A stretch of 64,000 nucleotides of DNA from an uncultured delta proteobacterium (GTDB lineage Bacteria > Myxococcota_A > Polyangia > Polyangiales > JAFGIB01): positions 64,001 through 128,000 of the forward strand of contig CAVZVA010000008.1 in assembly GCA_963778655.1 (NCBI GenBank). The letters run 5' to 3'. Both the position numbers and the translations under genes were made by a program. Positions 27,552 to 37,176 of this stretch are shown here, piece by piece (the first letter of the stretch is position 1; each line of letters starts with the position of its first letter). The notes under the pieces are model-generated. The model did no database searches, was not told the DNA's origin, and was given only the letters and a program-made list of their open reading frames with translations.

Positions 27552-28802
27552 ATGACCGACAGAGCCCCCAACCATCCTCCCGCGCGAGGGCCGCTCCACG
27601 GCTATCGCATCATCGACATGACCGCGGTGGTCGCCGGCCCCTACGCGACCCAGACCCTCGGCGACCTCGGCGCCGACGTGATCAAGGTCGAGAGCAAGGA
27701 GGGCGACCTGATGCGCAGCTCGGGCCCGTACCGCCGGCACCGCGACATGGCCGCGTTGTACCTCAACATCAACCGCAACAAGCGCTCGGTCGCGCTCGAC
27801 CTCAAGGCCGACTCCGCCAAGCAGGTGATGCGCACGCTGATCGCGGGCGCGGACGCGTTCATCACCAACACCCGCCCCCAGGCGCTCGCGCGGCTCGGCT
27901 TCGACTACGCGGCGGTATGCGCGCTGCGCCCAGACATCGTGTACGTGCACCTGACCGGGTTCGGTTCGGGCGGGGCGTACGCGGGCCGCCAGGCCTACGA
28001 CGACCTGGTGCAGGCCGCCGCCGGTATGGCCGACCTGCAGCCCAAGGCGGACCGCGGCGGCGAGCCGCGCTTCCTGCCCACCCTGGTCGCCGACAAGACC
28101 GCCGCGCTGCACGCGGTCTACGGACTGATCGCGGCTTTGCTCCACCGCGAGCGCACCGGCGAGGGCCAGTTGGTGGAAGTGCCGATGCTGGAGAGCGTGG
28201 CCGCGTTCACGCTGGTCGAGCACCTCTACGGGCACGTGCATCAGCCGCCGACCGGGCAGCTGGGCTACACCCGCGTGCTCACGCCCAACCGCCGGCCGTT
28301 TCGCACCCGCGACGGTTACATCGCGATCATGCCCTACAACGATCGCCACTGGCCGCTGTTCTTCGAGGTCGCCGGACAGCCCGAGCTGTGGACGCGCTGG
28401 CGCAACACCACGCGCCAGGATCGCAATCAGCACATCGACGAGCTGTACGCAACCGTCGGCAGCGTGACCCAGAGCAAGACCACCGCGGAGTGGATGGAGC
28501 TGCTCGATCGTCACGACATCCCCTGCATGCGGGTCAACAAGCTCGAGGATCTGGAGCGCGACGAGCACCTCGCGGCCAGCGGCTTCTTCGAGACGCACGA
28601 GCATCCCAGCGAGCAGCGCTATCTGGCTCTGCGCCACCCGGTGCGCTTCTCTCGCTGCCAGACGCCGCTGCGGCTGCACGCGCCGCGCCTGGGCCAGGAC
28701 GGCCGCGAGGTGCTGGTCGAGATCGGCGTGAGCCCGGAGCAGGTGGACGCTCTGCTCCAGGAAGGCGCGCTGCTGCTTCCCAGGCCCGACGAGCCGGACT
28801 GA
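27552..28802 (+). CDS. Family III (CaiB/BaiF) CoA-transferase
   Basis: GPLHGYRIID, AGPYATQTLGDLGADVIKVE, NRNKRSVALDLK, AYDDLVQAAAG, APRLGQ. Confidence 0.93.
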   Translation: MTDRAPNHPPARGPLHGYRIIDMTAVVAGPYATQTLGDLGADVIKVESKEGDLMRSSGPYRRHRDMAALYLNINRNKRSVALDLKADSAKQVMRTLIAGADAFITNTRPQALARLGFDYAAVCALRPDIVYVHLTGFGSGGAYAGRQAYDDLVQAAAGMADLQPKADRGGEPRFLPTLVADKTAALHAVYGLIAALLHRERTGEGQLVEVPMLESVAAFTLVEHLYGHVHQPPTGQLGYTRVLTPNRRPFRTRDGYIAIMPYNDRHWPLFFEVAGQPELWTRWRNTTRQDRNQHIDELYATVGSVTQSKTTAEWMELLDRHDIPCMRVNKLEDLERDEHLAASGFFETHEHPSEQRYLALRHPVRFSRCQTPLRLHAPRLGQDGREVLVEIGVSPEQVDALLQEGALLLPRPDEPD

Positions 28803-28822
28803 GGGCCGACGAAGCCAGCTGG

Positions 28823-29764
28823 TCAGCGCGCAGTGGGGCGGCACGCCTCGCGCACGCGCTCGGCCAGCGCGCGCACGAATAGCGGGTGGTCGTTGACGGT
28901 GCGCGCGCGCGCGAGCGCGACCCCGAGCTCGCGTGCATGCTGCGCGGCCTCGACATCGAGGTCGTAGAGCACCTCGACATGATCGCATACGAAGCCGATC
29001 GGGCACAGCACAAGCGCGCGGGTTCCGAGCGCGGCCTGCTCGCGGATCACCTGGTTGATGTCCGGCTCGAGCCAGGGGTCGCGCGGCGCGCCGCTGCGGC
29101 TCTGGTATGCGATCAGATGGCGCTCGCGTCCCAGCGCCGCCGCTACCAGCTCCGCGCTCACCTGCAGCTGCGCGACGTAGGGCGAGCGCTCCGCGACCGC
29201 CACCGGAATGCTGTGCGCGGTGAAAACCAGCAGCCCGGGCTTGCCCGCGGGCAGCGTGGCCTCGGCCGCGCGCACCTGCTCGACGTTGGCCGCGATGAAG
29301 CCAGGGTGATCGTGGAAGCCGCTGGTATAGCCGATCGCCGGCGCGTCCTCGCCCAGCTCGCCGAGCGCGGCCTGCAGCGCCTCGCGGTAGCGGCCGTGGC
29401 TGGCCGGGCTCTCGTGGGCCGCCATGATCACGCACAACACGCGCGCTGCGCCCTGCGCCCGCGCGTCGCGCAAGGCGCCGGCCAGCGCCGGCGCCGAGTT
29501 GCGCATGCCCACCCGCACCGGCAGCGCGGGCCCGTTCGCCGCCAACTCGGCCTGCAACGCGGCCGCCTGCGCGCGCGTGATCTCGCCGAGCGGCGAGCGC
29601 CCGCCGATCACCTGGTAGTGCCGCACCACCTCCTCGAAGCGCGCCTCGGGCACCGGCCGCCCCGCGAGCACGCGCCGCAAGAACGGCCGCACCTCGCCGG
29701 CGCTCTCCGGTCCCCCGAACGCGACCAGCATCACCGCGTCGTAGGCTGTCGTCGAGGAGGGCAT
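28823..29764 (-). CDS. hemH: Ferrochelatase
   Basis: FGGPE, IGGRSPL, FTAHSIP, YQSRSG, WLEPD, PIGFVCDHVEVLYDLD. Confidence 0.95.
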   Translation of the reverse strand: MPSSTTAYDAVMLVAFGGPESAGEVRPFLRRVLAGRPVPEARFEEVVRHYQVIGGRSPLGEITRAQAAALQAELAANGPALPVRVGMRNSAPALAGALRDARAQGAARVLCVIMAAHESPASHGRYREALQAALGELGEDAPAIGYTSGFHDHPGFIAANVEQVRAAEATLPAGKPGLLVFTAHSIPVAVAERSPYVAQLQVSAELVAAALGRERHLIAYQSRSGAPRDPWLEPDINQVIREQAALGTRALVLCPIGFVCDHVEVLYDLDVEAAQHARELGVALARARTVNDHPLFVRALAERVREACRPTAR

Positions 29765-29787
29765 GGCCCCCTTGGTAGCACTTTTCG

Positions 29788-29861
29788 GATCACGGCAAGA
29801 CGGGGAGACGCGAAGAAATCTCAGTCAGGAGACTTCCTCCGAGCTTCTCGCCTTCCTGTTT
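29788..29861. repeat. Dispersed imperfect inverted-repeat element, copy 2
   Basis: Left arm GATCACGGCAAGACGGGGAGACGCGAAG; right arm CTTCTCGCCTTCCTGTT (reverse complement AACAGGAAGGCGAGAAG); between hemE and hemH. Confidence 0.55.
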
Positions 29862-29871
29862 CCGCTCCCGC

Positions 29872-30897
29872 TCATCGCCGGGCGCTGGCTTCGTGCACGT
29901 AGTCCACCAGCGCCTTGACCTGATCCACGCTGGCGCTGGGGAAGATGCCGTGGCCGAGGTTGAACACGTGCCCGGGTCGGCCCGCGGCCTTGTCGAGCAC
30001 TGCCTGCGCACGCGTCTGCAGCTGCGCGCGCGGAGCCAGCAGCGAGCCCGGATCGAGGTTGCCCATGACCGCGACCTCGCCCAGCTCGCGCCAACACGCG
30101 CCGAGGTCGGCGCGGAAGTCGAGCCCGATCACGTCGCCGCCGGCCTGCGCCATCAGCGGATAGAGCGCCGGATTGCCGGTCCCGAAGTGGATCACCGGCA
30201 CGGAGGAGGGCAAGCCCGAAAGCAGCCGCCGCATGTGCGGCTGCACGTAGCGCACGTAGTCGTCGGGGCCGAGCGCGCCGATCCAGCTGTCGAAGACCTG
30301 CAGCACCTGCGCGCCCGCCTCGACCTGCGCGCGCAGGTAGTCGGCGACCGCGTCGGTTAGCTTGGTCATCAGCGCGTTCCAGGCGCCCTCGTTGCCCAGC
30401 ATCAGCTGCTTGGTGTGCAGGTAGTCACGCGAGCCGCCGCCCTCGATCACGTACGACGCCAGCGTAAACGGCGCGCCGGCGAAGCCGATCAGCGGCACCT
30501 TGCCTGAGAGCTCCGCGCGCACCAAACGCAGCGCCTCCATCACGAAGCCGAGCGAGCTCTTGGCGTCGATGCGCTCGGCCACCGCATCGATCGCCTCGGC
30601 CGTGCGCAGCGGCTTCGCGATCCGCGGCCCGTCCCCGGCGGTGAATTCGAAACCGATTCCCAGCGGCTCGAGCACCAGCAGGATGTCGGCGAAGATGATC
30701 GCGGCGTCCACGCCCAGCTGGCGCACCGGCAGCAGCGTGACCTCGGCCGCGACCTCGGGCCGCGTGCACATCTCGATGAAGCTCAGCTTCTCGCGCAGCG
30801 CGCGGTACTCGGGCTGGTAGCGCCCGGCCTGGCGCATGATCCAGATCGGCGTGAAGGCCGTCGGCTCCCGCCGGCAGGCGCGCAGCAGCTCGCTCAT
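29872..30897 (-). CDS. hemE: Uroporphyrinogen decarboxylase
   Basis: WIMRQAGRYQPEYR, DAAIIFADIL, LIGFAGAPFTLASY, QVFDSW, FNLGHG; start MSELL. Confidence 0.96.
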   Translation of the reverse strand: MSELLRACRREPTAFTPIWIMRQAGRYQPEYRALREKLSFIEMCTRPEVAAEVTLLPVRQLGVDAAIIFADILLVLEPLGIGFEFTAGDGPRIAKPLRTAEAIDAVAERIDAKSSLGFVMEALRLVRAELSGKVPLIGFAGAPFTLASYVIEGGGSRDYLHTKQLMLGNEGAWNALMTKLTDAVADYLRAQVEAGAQVLQVFDSWIGALGPDDYVRYVQPHMRRLLSGLPSSVPVIHFGTGNPALYPLMAQAGGDVIGLDFRADLGACWRELGEVAVMGNLDPGSLLAPRAQLQTRAQAVLDKAAGRPGHVFNLGHGIFPSASVDQVKALVDYVHEASARR

Positions 30898-30898
30898 G

Positions 30899-31087
30899 TC
30901 ACTCGTCTCCGGCGCTGGGCGCGGGCTTGCCGTCACCGTCGAGGTCGAACAGCGGCTCGCTCACCACGTAGCGCTGGTTGAGCCAGCCGTGCAGGTCGGC
31001 CAGCTTGCAGCGCCGCGAGCAGAACGGGAAGGGCGGCTCGAACGCGTCCTGCGGCAACGCGCGCTTGCAGATGGGGCAACGAGACAC
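30899..31087 (-). CDS. yacG: DNA gyrase inhibitor YacG
   Basis: CPIC...PFCSRRCKLADLHGWLNQRY zinc finger. Confidence 0.88.
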   Translation of the reverse strand: MSRCPICKRALPQDAFEPPFPFCSRRCKLADLHGWLNQRYVVSEPLFDLDGDGKPAPSAGDE

Positions 31088-31147
31088 GGCCGCCCAGCTT
31101 ACACCAAGCGCGGGCGCGCGGCAGGCGCGGCGGGCGCGGCGGGCGGG

Positions 31148-32200
31148 TCAGAACCCGCGTCGGCGTCCGGCTCCGGCCGGGCCGTCGGCTTGCGGGTTGG
31201 CCAGGGCCAGGCGCATCACCGCCAGCGCGCGATCCGACAGGCTGCGCAGCTCGGCCTCGAGCGCGTCCCCGGTCTGGGCCGCTTCGCCTGCCGCGAGCGC
31301 TTCGCCGGCCCCGGCCGCGTCCTGCACGGGCGCGCCCGGGTCGGCGTCGGGCAGCGCCGGCTGCGGCGCGTAGTCCGGGCGCTGGCCTGGCCCGCTGCGG
31401 TCGACCCAATAGAACGACCTGTCCCGCACGTCCACGTGCACGAAGGTGCTGTTGGGGTAGTAGCCGACGCCGGTCCCCTCGAGCCCGCGCGCGAGCTCGC
31501 TGAGCGCGGCGTTGTCCACGCCGTCCACGCGCAGATCGAGCGCACCGCCGTGGCGATGCCGGCTACCTGGGTTGGCGTTGGGACGGTAGCCGGAGACGAT
31601 CTCGAGCACCCGCCCCGGAAAGTGATCGGCGATACGCTGCAGGCGCGTGAGCAGCCCGGGGTCGAGCAGCACCACGGCAGGCGTGGCCGCGGCGCCCGCC
31701 TCGGCGGCAGCCGGCCCGGCGGTGGGGAGCGGCTGCGCCAGCATGCTCAGTGGCGCAAGCGCTGCGGGATTGGGCTGCCCGTCGCAATCGGTCAAGCTCA
31801 CGACCAGCGGACCCGGGCGACCGACGCGCTGCACCACCACCGGCGCGGCCAGGCAGGCCGGCGCCCGTGCTGCCGCGGGCTCGGCGGCGCGCGGCTGGCC
31901 CACGGCCGGCTCTGCGCTCGCGGGCTCGGGAGCCACGGCGGCTGCGGACGGTTCCAAGCTGCCAGGCTCGGCTTGCTCGCTGGGCTCGGCCTGCTCGCTG
32001 GGCTCGGCTTGCTCGCTGGGCTCGGCTTGCTCGAAGGGCGCCGGGGTTTGGGCCGGGTCCTGCCCCGCGTTCGCGGGCTCGTCCAGGGTGGGCTCCTCGC
32101 CATCCACCTGGGGCGTCTCGGCCTGCGGCGCTTCGGGCTGCGCCCAGCCCGGGCCGGGCGCGAAAGGCACGAGCATCGCGGCTAGAATTAGGGTGCGCAT
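31148..32200 (-). CDS. Secreted DUF882/YcbK (peptidase M15) family protein
   Basis: Signal peptide; [38 protein letters not shown]-terminal EQAEPS repeats (18-bp tandem, about 31965-32033). Confidence 0.85.
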   Translation of the reverse strand: MRTLILAAMLVPFAPGPGWAQPEAPQAETPQVDGEEPTLDEPANAGQDPAQTPAPFEQAEPSEQAEPSEQAEPSEQAEPGSLEPSAAAVAPEPASAEPAVGQPRAAEPAAARAPACLAAPVVVQRVGRPGPLVVSLTDCDGQPNPAALAPLSMLAQPLPTAGPAAAEAGAAATPAVVLLDPGLLTRLQRIADHFPGRVLEIVSGYRPNANPGSRHRHGGALDLRVDGVDNAALSELARGLEGTGVGYYPNSTFVHVDVRDRSFYWVDRSGPGQRPDYAPQPALPDADPGAPVQDAAGAGEALAAGEAAQTGDALEAELRSLSDRALAVMRLALANPQADGPAGAGRRRGF

Positions 32201-32308
32201 GGCACCTACATCAGCCCAGTCCGCGTCGGGGTCAACAATTCGGCGGGCACCCGGGGGAGGGCGGGTAGGCGCACGCTTGCGGCTGCGATGGCGACCCCGT
32301 GCCCCGCG

Positions 32309-32317
32309 TGGTATACC
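32309..32317 (+). promoter_or_regulatory. Extended -10 promoter of the rpsB operon
   Basis: TG-G-TATACC followed by a GC-rich discriminator, resembling the conserved TGTGGTATAA rpsB promoter. Confidence 0.55.
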
Positions 32318-32324
32318 GCCGCCG

Positions 32325-32445
32325 CCTCTCGGGGCCGGTCAGCTCACGTCGGGCTGCCGAAATCAAGTCACACCGCCCGGCTCGGACGGTCCGCTCGGTG
32401 CCCCTACCGGGGTGGCGGGCCGCGGGTGGTGGAAGCGCAACCGGA
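32325..32445 (+). ncRNA. rpsB leader (t44-like S2 autoregulatory RNA)
   Basis: Conserved-looking elements TCACAC..., GGTGCCCC...GGGGT and GTGGAAGCGCAACC directly before rpsB; boundaries approximate. Confidence 0.65.
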
Positions 32446-32456
32446 GAGAACGAGCC

Positions 32457-33344
32457 ATGAGTGAAGAAGCCCAAACCACCGCTGCCGGCGGTACGCCGGC
32501 CGAAGCCGGCGCGTTCGCTGTCGAAGACGCTCCCGCCATGTCGTTGCGTCGCCTGATCGACGCCGGCGTCCATTTCGGCCACCAGACCAACCGCTGGAAC
32601 CCCAAGATGGCGCCCTTCATCTACGGCGCGCGCAACGGGATCCACATCATCGACCTCGACCAGACCGTGCGCCTGTTCCGCCGCGCGCTGGAGTTCGTGA
32701 GCAGCACCGTCGGTCGCGGCGGCCAGCTGCTGTTCGTGGGCACCAAGCGCCAGGCCCAGGAGGTGATCGCCGAGGAGGCGAACCGCGCCGGGCAGTTCCA
32801 CGTGATCGGGCGCTGGCTGGGCGGCACCCTGACCAACTTCCGCACCATGAAGGTCGGCATCGACCGGCTGCGCGCGCTCGAGCAGATGGACGAGGATGGC
32901 ACGCTCGACACCCTGGCCAAGAAGGAAGCGCTCGGGCTGCGCCGCGAGCGCGATCGGCTGCGCAAGTTCGTCGGCGGCATCAAGGACATGAACGGGCTGC
33001 CAGCCGCGATGTTCGTGATCGACCCCAACCACGAGCACATCGCGGTCAGCGAGGCCAACAAGCTCGGCATCCCGGTGGTAGCCCTGACCGACACCAACTG
33101 CGACCCGGACAAGATCAACTACCTGATCCCGGGCAACGACGACGCGATCCGCTCGATCAAGCTGGTGGCTACCGCGGTCGCCGACGCTTGCGTGCTGGGG
33201 CAGCAGCGGCGGCGCGACTTCATGCAGGTCGGCCGCAAGGACGAGGGCGGCAGCAGCGGCGTGCAGGTCGAGTTCGCGCGCACGGGCCGCGCAGGCAAGG
33301 CCGAATACTCGGCGATTCCCGAAGAGGAGAAGAGCGAGCCCTGA
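32457..33344 (+). CDS. rpsB: 30S ribosomal protein S2
   Basis: [50 protein letters not shown]. Confidence 0.98.
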   Translation: MSEEAQTTAAGGTPAEAGAFAVEDAPAMSLRRLIDAGVHFGHQTNRWNPKMAPFIYGARNGIHIIDLDQTVRLFRRALEFVSSTVGRGGQLLFVGTKRQAQEVIAEEANRAGQFHVIGRWLGGTLTNFRTMKVGIDRLRALEQMDEDGTLDTLAKKEALGLRRERDRLRKFVGGIKDMNGLPAAMFVIDPNHEHIAVSEANKLGIPVVALTDTNCDPDKINYLIPGNDDAIRSIKLVATAVADACVLGQQRRRDFMQVGRKDEGGSSGVQVEFARTGRAGKAEYSAIPEEEKSEP

Positions 33345-33373
33345 GGGAGCTCGGCTCGGAGCAGGAGTGGACG

Positions 33374-34048
33374 ATGGCTGAGATCAGCACGACGATGGTC
33401 AAGGAGCTGCGCGAGCGCACCGGCGCCGGCATTATGGACTGCAAGGTGGCCTTGCAGGAGTCGAACGGCGACACCGAAAAGGCCATCGAGTACATCAAGA
33501 AGAAGGGCCTGGCCAAGGCGGCCAAGAAGGCCGGCGCGATCGCGGCCGAGGGCATGGTCCACGCCTACATCCACCCGGGCAGCCGCATCGGCGTGCTGGC
33601 CGAGGTCAACTGCCAGACCGACTTCGTGGCCCGCAGCGAGGACTTCAAGAGCTTCGTTGAGCTGGTCGGCCTGCAGGTCGCGGCGATGAACGCGCAGTAC
33701 GTGCGCCGCGACGAGGTGCCGGCCGCCGATCTCGAAAAGCAGCGCGAGCTCTTCCGCGCGCAGACCGAGGAAGAGGGCAAGCAGAGCGCCAAGCCGCGGC
33801 CGGCGGCGGTGGTGGACAAGATCGTGGCGGGCAAGCTCGACAAGTGGCTGGCCGAGACGTGCCTGGAGGAGCAGCTCAGCGTGACCGACGGCGACAAGAC
33901 GTTGGGCGCGCTCGCGGCCGAGCTCAGCGCCAAGATCGGCGAGAAGATCTCGGTGCGCCGCTTCGTGCGCTTCGAGCTCGGCGAGGGCATCGACAAGAAG
34001 CAGGCCGATCTGGCGGCCGACGTGCAAGCCGCGATTTCGGGCTCCTGA
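33374..34048 (+). CDS. tsf: Elongation factor Ts (short form)
   Basis: VKELRERTGAGIMDCK, AAEG, EVNCQTDFVA, GEKISVRRFVRF; AGGAG RBS. Confidence 0.97.
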   Translation: MAEISTTMVKELRERTGAGIMDCKVALQESNGDTEKAIEYIKKKGLAKAAKKAGAIAAEGMVHAYIHPGSRIGVLAEVNCQTDFVARSEDFKSFVELVGLQVAAMNAQYVRRDEVPAADLEKQRELFRAQTEEEGKQSAKPRPAAVVDKIVAGKLDKWLAETCLEEQLSVTDGDKTLGALAAELSAKIGEKISVRRFVRFELGEGIDKKQADLAADVQAAISGS

Positions 34049-34102
34049 GCGGCACGCGACCGGCGGCGCCGGACCGCGGCGCACAGGCGGGATGGGCGAA
34101 CG

Positions 34103-34849
34103 ATGGCGATCAAATTCAAGCGCATCCTGTTGAAGCTGTCCGGCGAGGCCCTGTGCGGCGTGGCAGGTGGCTTCGGTCTCGACCCCAAGACGGTGGAAGC
34201 GATCAGCGAGGAGCTGGCCGAGGTGAGCGCGCTGGGCGTGGAGATGGGCGTCGTCATCGGCGGTGGCAACATCTTCCGCGGGCTCAAGGGCAGCGCCCAG
34301 GGCATGGACCGCGGCAGCGCGGATTACATGGGCATGCTGGCCACGATCATCAACGGCGTGGCGCTGCAGGACGCGCTCGAGAAGCACGGCGCGCAGACGC
34401 GGCTGATGACCGCGCTCGAAGTGCGCGCGGTGGCCGAGCCCTACATCCGCAGGCGGGCGATGCGCCACCTGGAGAAGGGGCGGGTCGTGATCTTCGTGGC
34501 CGGCACCGGCAACCCCTATTTCTCCACCGACACCGCAGCTTCGCTGCGGGCGATGGAGATCCAGGCGGCCATGCTGTGCAAGGCCACCAAGGTCGCGGGC
34601 ATCTACGATCGGGATCCGGTCAAGTTCGCCGATGCGAGCATGTTCCGGCAGGTCAGCTACGAGCGCTTCATCCGCGAGCGCATCGGCGTGATGGATGCGA
34701 CCGCTGTCACGCTCTGCCGCGACAACAAGCTGCCGATTCGTGTGTTTGGGCTCGCCACCCGCGGTAACATCCGGCGGGTGGTCGAGGGCGAGCCGATCGG
34801 CACGCTGGTGAGCGAGGTCGAGGACATCCGCAGTGAGCAGATGAGCTGA
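34103..34849 (+). CDS. pyrH: UMP kinase
   Basis: [37 protein letters not shown]. Confidence 0.98.
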   Translation: MAIKFKRILLKLSGEALCGVAGGFGLDPKTVEAISEELAEVSALGVEMGVVIGGGNIFRGLKGSAQGMDRGSADYMGMLATIINGVALQDALEKHGAQTRLMTALEVRAVAEPYIRRRAMRHLEKGRVVIFVAGTGNPYFSTDTAASLRAMEIQAAMLCKATKVAGIYDRDPVKFADASMFRQVSYERFIRERIGVMDATAVTLCRDNKLPIRVFGLATRGNIRRVVEGEPIGTLVSEVEDIRSEQMS

Positions 34850-34899
34850 GAAGGTGACGTCAACGGTTGCGCGAGGCGTCGCGCCCAGGGGAGCAAGCC

Positions 34900-35457
34900 A
34901 TGATCCAGGAAACCCTCGAGGATCTGAAGGCATCGATCGGCAAGGCCCACGAGGGGCTCAAGCGCGAGCTGGCCAAGCTGCGCACCGGCCGCGCGCACCC
35001 CTCGCTGCTCGACTCGATCCGCGTGGATGCCTACGGATCGCCCACTCCGATCTCGCAGCTCGCCACCGTCAGCGTGCCCGAGGCGCGCATGCTGACCATC
35101 AAGCCGTGGGACAAGTCGCAGATCAAGGCGATCGAAAAGGCCCTGGTGCAGTCCCCGCTCGGGCTCACGCCGCAGAACGACGGCGAGATCATCCGCGTCC
35201 CGTTGCAGCCCCTGAGCGAGGAGCGGCGCAAGGAGCTGGTCAAGCTCGCCAAGCGTGCCGGCGAGGACACCAAGGTGATCGTGCGCAAGGCCCGCCACGA
35301 AGCCAAGGAGATGATCGAGAGCCTGGTCGACGACAAGGAAATCGGCGAGGACGACGGGGCACGCGCGCAGAAGGACGTCGAGGACCTGATCCAGCGCGCC
35401 AGCGCCGAGGTCGACCAGATCGTGGCGCGCAAGGAAAAGGACATCCTCGAGGTCTGA
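34900..35457 (+). CDS. frr: Ribosome recycling factor
   Basis: LRTGRA, YGSPTP, LGLTPQNDG, LSEERRKELVK. Confidence 0.97.
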   Translation: MIQETLEDLKASIGKAHEGLKRELAKLRTGRAHPSLLDSIRVDAYGSPTPISQLATVSVPEARMLTIKPWDKSQIKAIEKALVQSPLGLTPQNDGEIIRVPLQPLSEERRKELVKLAKRAGEDTKVIVRKARHEAKEMIESLVDDKEIGEDDGARAQKDVEDLIQRASAEVDQIVARKEKDILEV

Positions 35458-35741
35458 GCCCGCCGCCCGCGGCCGCGCTCTGCGCACGCCCAGCCGGGCG
35501 CCCAGCCGCCTCCGGCCGGCCCGTGGGCTAGGCTCGGCCCCGAATCGCCACGCCATGTGCAAGAGCTCAGCGTCAGCCGCGTCCGCCCGAGGAATTTCGG
35601 CGCGTAGCTGCGCGCGGCGTAAACGCGGCGGGGCTGCCCGCGGCAAGCCTCGGGGACGATTCGATGTGTGCAGCTGTGTGTCGGCGGAGTAGGCTCGCGC
35701 TCCGGCCATGCGCGCAGATGCGCGCTTCGTGGGTCCCGGCC

Positions 35742-35771
35742 TTGACCCCAACCCCACCCCAACCTTACCTT
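35742..35771 (+). promoter_or_regulatory. Possible sigma70 promoter
   Basis: TTGACC, 18-bp spacer, TACCTT upstream of the FHA-DUF4388 gene. Confidence 0.4.
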
Positions 35772-35857
35772 ATTTATCCGTCGGAAGTTCCGGCAATGAC
35801 GCGCTTTTTTCGGATGGCGCGAAGCGCCTCGGGCAAGGACATCGTTTCCAGCACCCC

Positions 35858-36781
35858 ATGAAGAACTACGCGATGCGCTTCATTTCGGGGAAGTACCAGG
35901 GGGGCGAGTTTCCTCTGCCGCCCAACTCCGAAATCGTCGTCGGCCGATCGAGCGACCTCGACATGGTGCTCGTCGAGGATATGGTCTCGCGCCGCCACGC
36001 CAAGATCAGCGTCAACGGCGACACCGTCACGATCCAGGATCTGGGATCGACCAACGGCACGTTCGTCAACGGCGAGCGCGTCGAGCGCATGGCGTTGACC
36101 GACGGCGATCGCGTCTTGATCGGCACCAGCATCATCAAGCTGGTCACCAGCGACGGGCCGCCGCCCGCACAGGCGCAGCCCAAGCCCCGCCTGGAGGAGG
36201 TCGCCGCTGGACGACGCACCAACAACGTGCGCAGCATGTCCGGTGCCATCGACGAGGTCCCGCTGCCGGACCTACTCCAGCTGTTCGGCTCCTCGCGCAA
36301 GACCGGCATGCTGGTGATCAAGACCGAGACCGACACCGGCAAGGTGTATCTGGAGCGCGGCAGCATCGTGTTCGCCGCGATCAACGACTCCGATCTGCTC
36401 ACCGCCGAGAAGGCCGTCCACCGCATTCTTGCGTGGCGCCACGGCACATTCTACATGGAGCCGCTCGACCGGATCGATCTGCCCGTGCGCATCGATCTCT
36501 CGACCGAGGCGGCGCTGATGGAGGGCATGCGCATCTTCGACGAGGTGGCCCGGCTCGACCTGCCCCCGATGCGGTCCGGCATCCGGCTGGCCTCGCCGCT
36601 GCGAGCGAAGCTGCGCGAGCTCAGCGGCGAGCAGCTCGACGTGCTGCAGGTAGCGATGGGCGTCTCACAGCTCGAGGCGGTGTTCAACAACTGTCCGCTG
36701 GACGACGTTGAAATCGCCCGCGCGTTGAGCACGCTGCTGCAGCGCGGCTACCTGGAAGCCTCACCGCCCGCCGAGGAGTGA
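35858..36781 (+). CDS. FHA domain plus DUF4388 domain protein
   Basis: VGRSS...VSRRHA...DLGSTNGTFVNG (FHA); SGAIDEVPLPDLLQL...KTG (DUF4388); start MKNYAM. Confidence 0.88.
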   Translation: MKNYAMRFISGKYQGGEFPLPPNSEIVVGRSSDLDMVLVEDMVSRRHAKISVNGDTVTIQDLGSTNGTFVNGERVERMALTDGDRVLIGTSIIKLVTSDGPPPAQAQPKPRLEEVAAGRRTNNVRSMSGAIDEVPLPDLLQLFGSSRKTGMLVIKTETDTGKVYLERGSIVFAAINDSDLLTAEKAVHRILAWRHGTFYMEPLDRIDLPVRIDLSTEAALMEGMRIFDEVARLDLPPMRSGIRLASPLRAKLRELSGEQLDVLQVAMGVSQLEAVFNNCPLDDVEIARALSTLLQRGYLEASPPAEE

Positions 36782-36807
36782 GCGTCCGGGCGGGCCCGGT
36801 TCGGGGG

Positions 36808-37167
36808 CTATCGCTCCGGCTCGTGCTGCGCGCGCCGCGTCAGCAGGCGCTCGAGCAGGTGCTGGGAGTGATGGCTGATGCGGGTGAAGACCACGCCCAT
36901 GCCGGACGGGTCCTGCTGAACCCGCACCACCTTGCCCACGCCCTCGATGGTCTCGATGTCGTCCATGATCACGGTGAACTTGAGGTCGATCTCCGTGCCC
37001 ACCGGCGGCGGGTCCGCTGTCTTCACGAACGCGCCGCTGCGCGAGATGTTACTGACATACTCCTCGATGAACGACTCGAACGAGCCGAACTCCTTGTTGA
37101 TCGTCAGTCGGCTCTCGCGCGGCTTGCGGGGTTGTGGGGCGGGCTTGTCGGCGTCTCCGGCTGACAT
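36808..37167 (-). CDS. PilZ domain protein (TIGR02266-like)
   Basis: RESR, NISRSGAFVKT..P.PVGT, GMGVVF. Confidence 0.85.
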   Translation of the reverse strand: MSAGDADKPAPQPRKPRESRLTINKEFGSFESFIEEYVSNISRSGAFVKTADPPPVGTEIDLKFTVIMDDIETIEGVGKVVRVQQDPSGMGVVFTRISHHSQHLLERLLTRRAQHEPER

Positions 37168-37176
37168 GGCAAGCTC

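Noticed and set aside
19829..28802. tRNA-anchored genomic island
   Set aside because: No integrase, no duplicated tRNA 3' end seen, no compositional shift, and housekeeping pgeF-folC follow directly.
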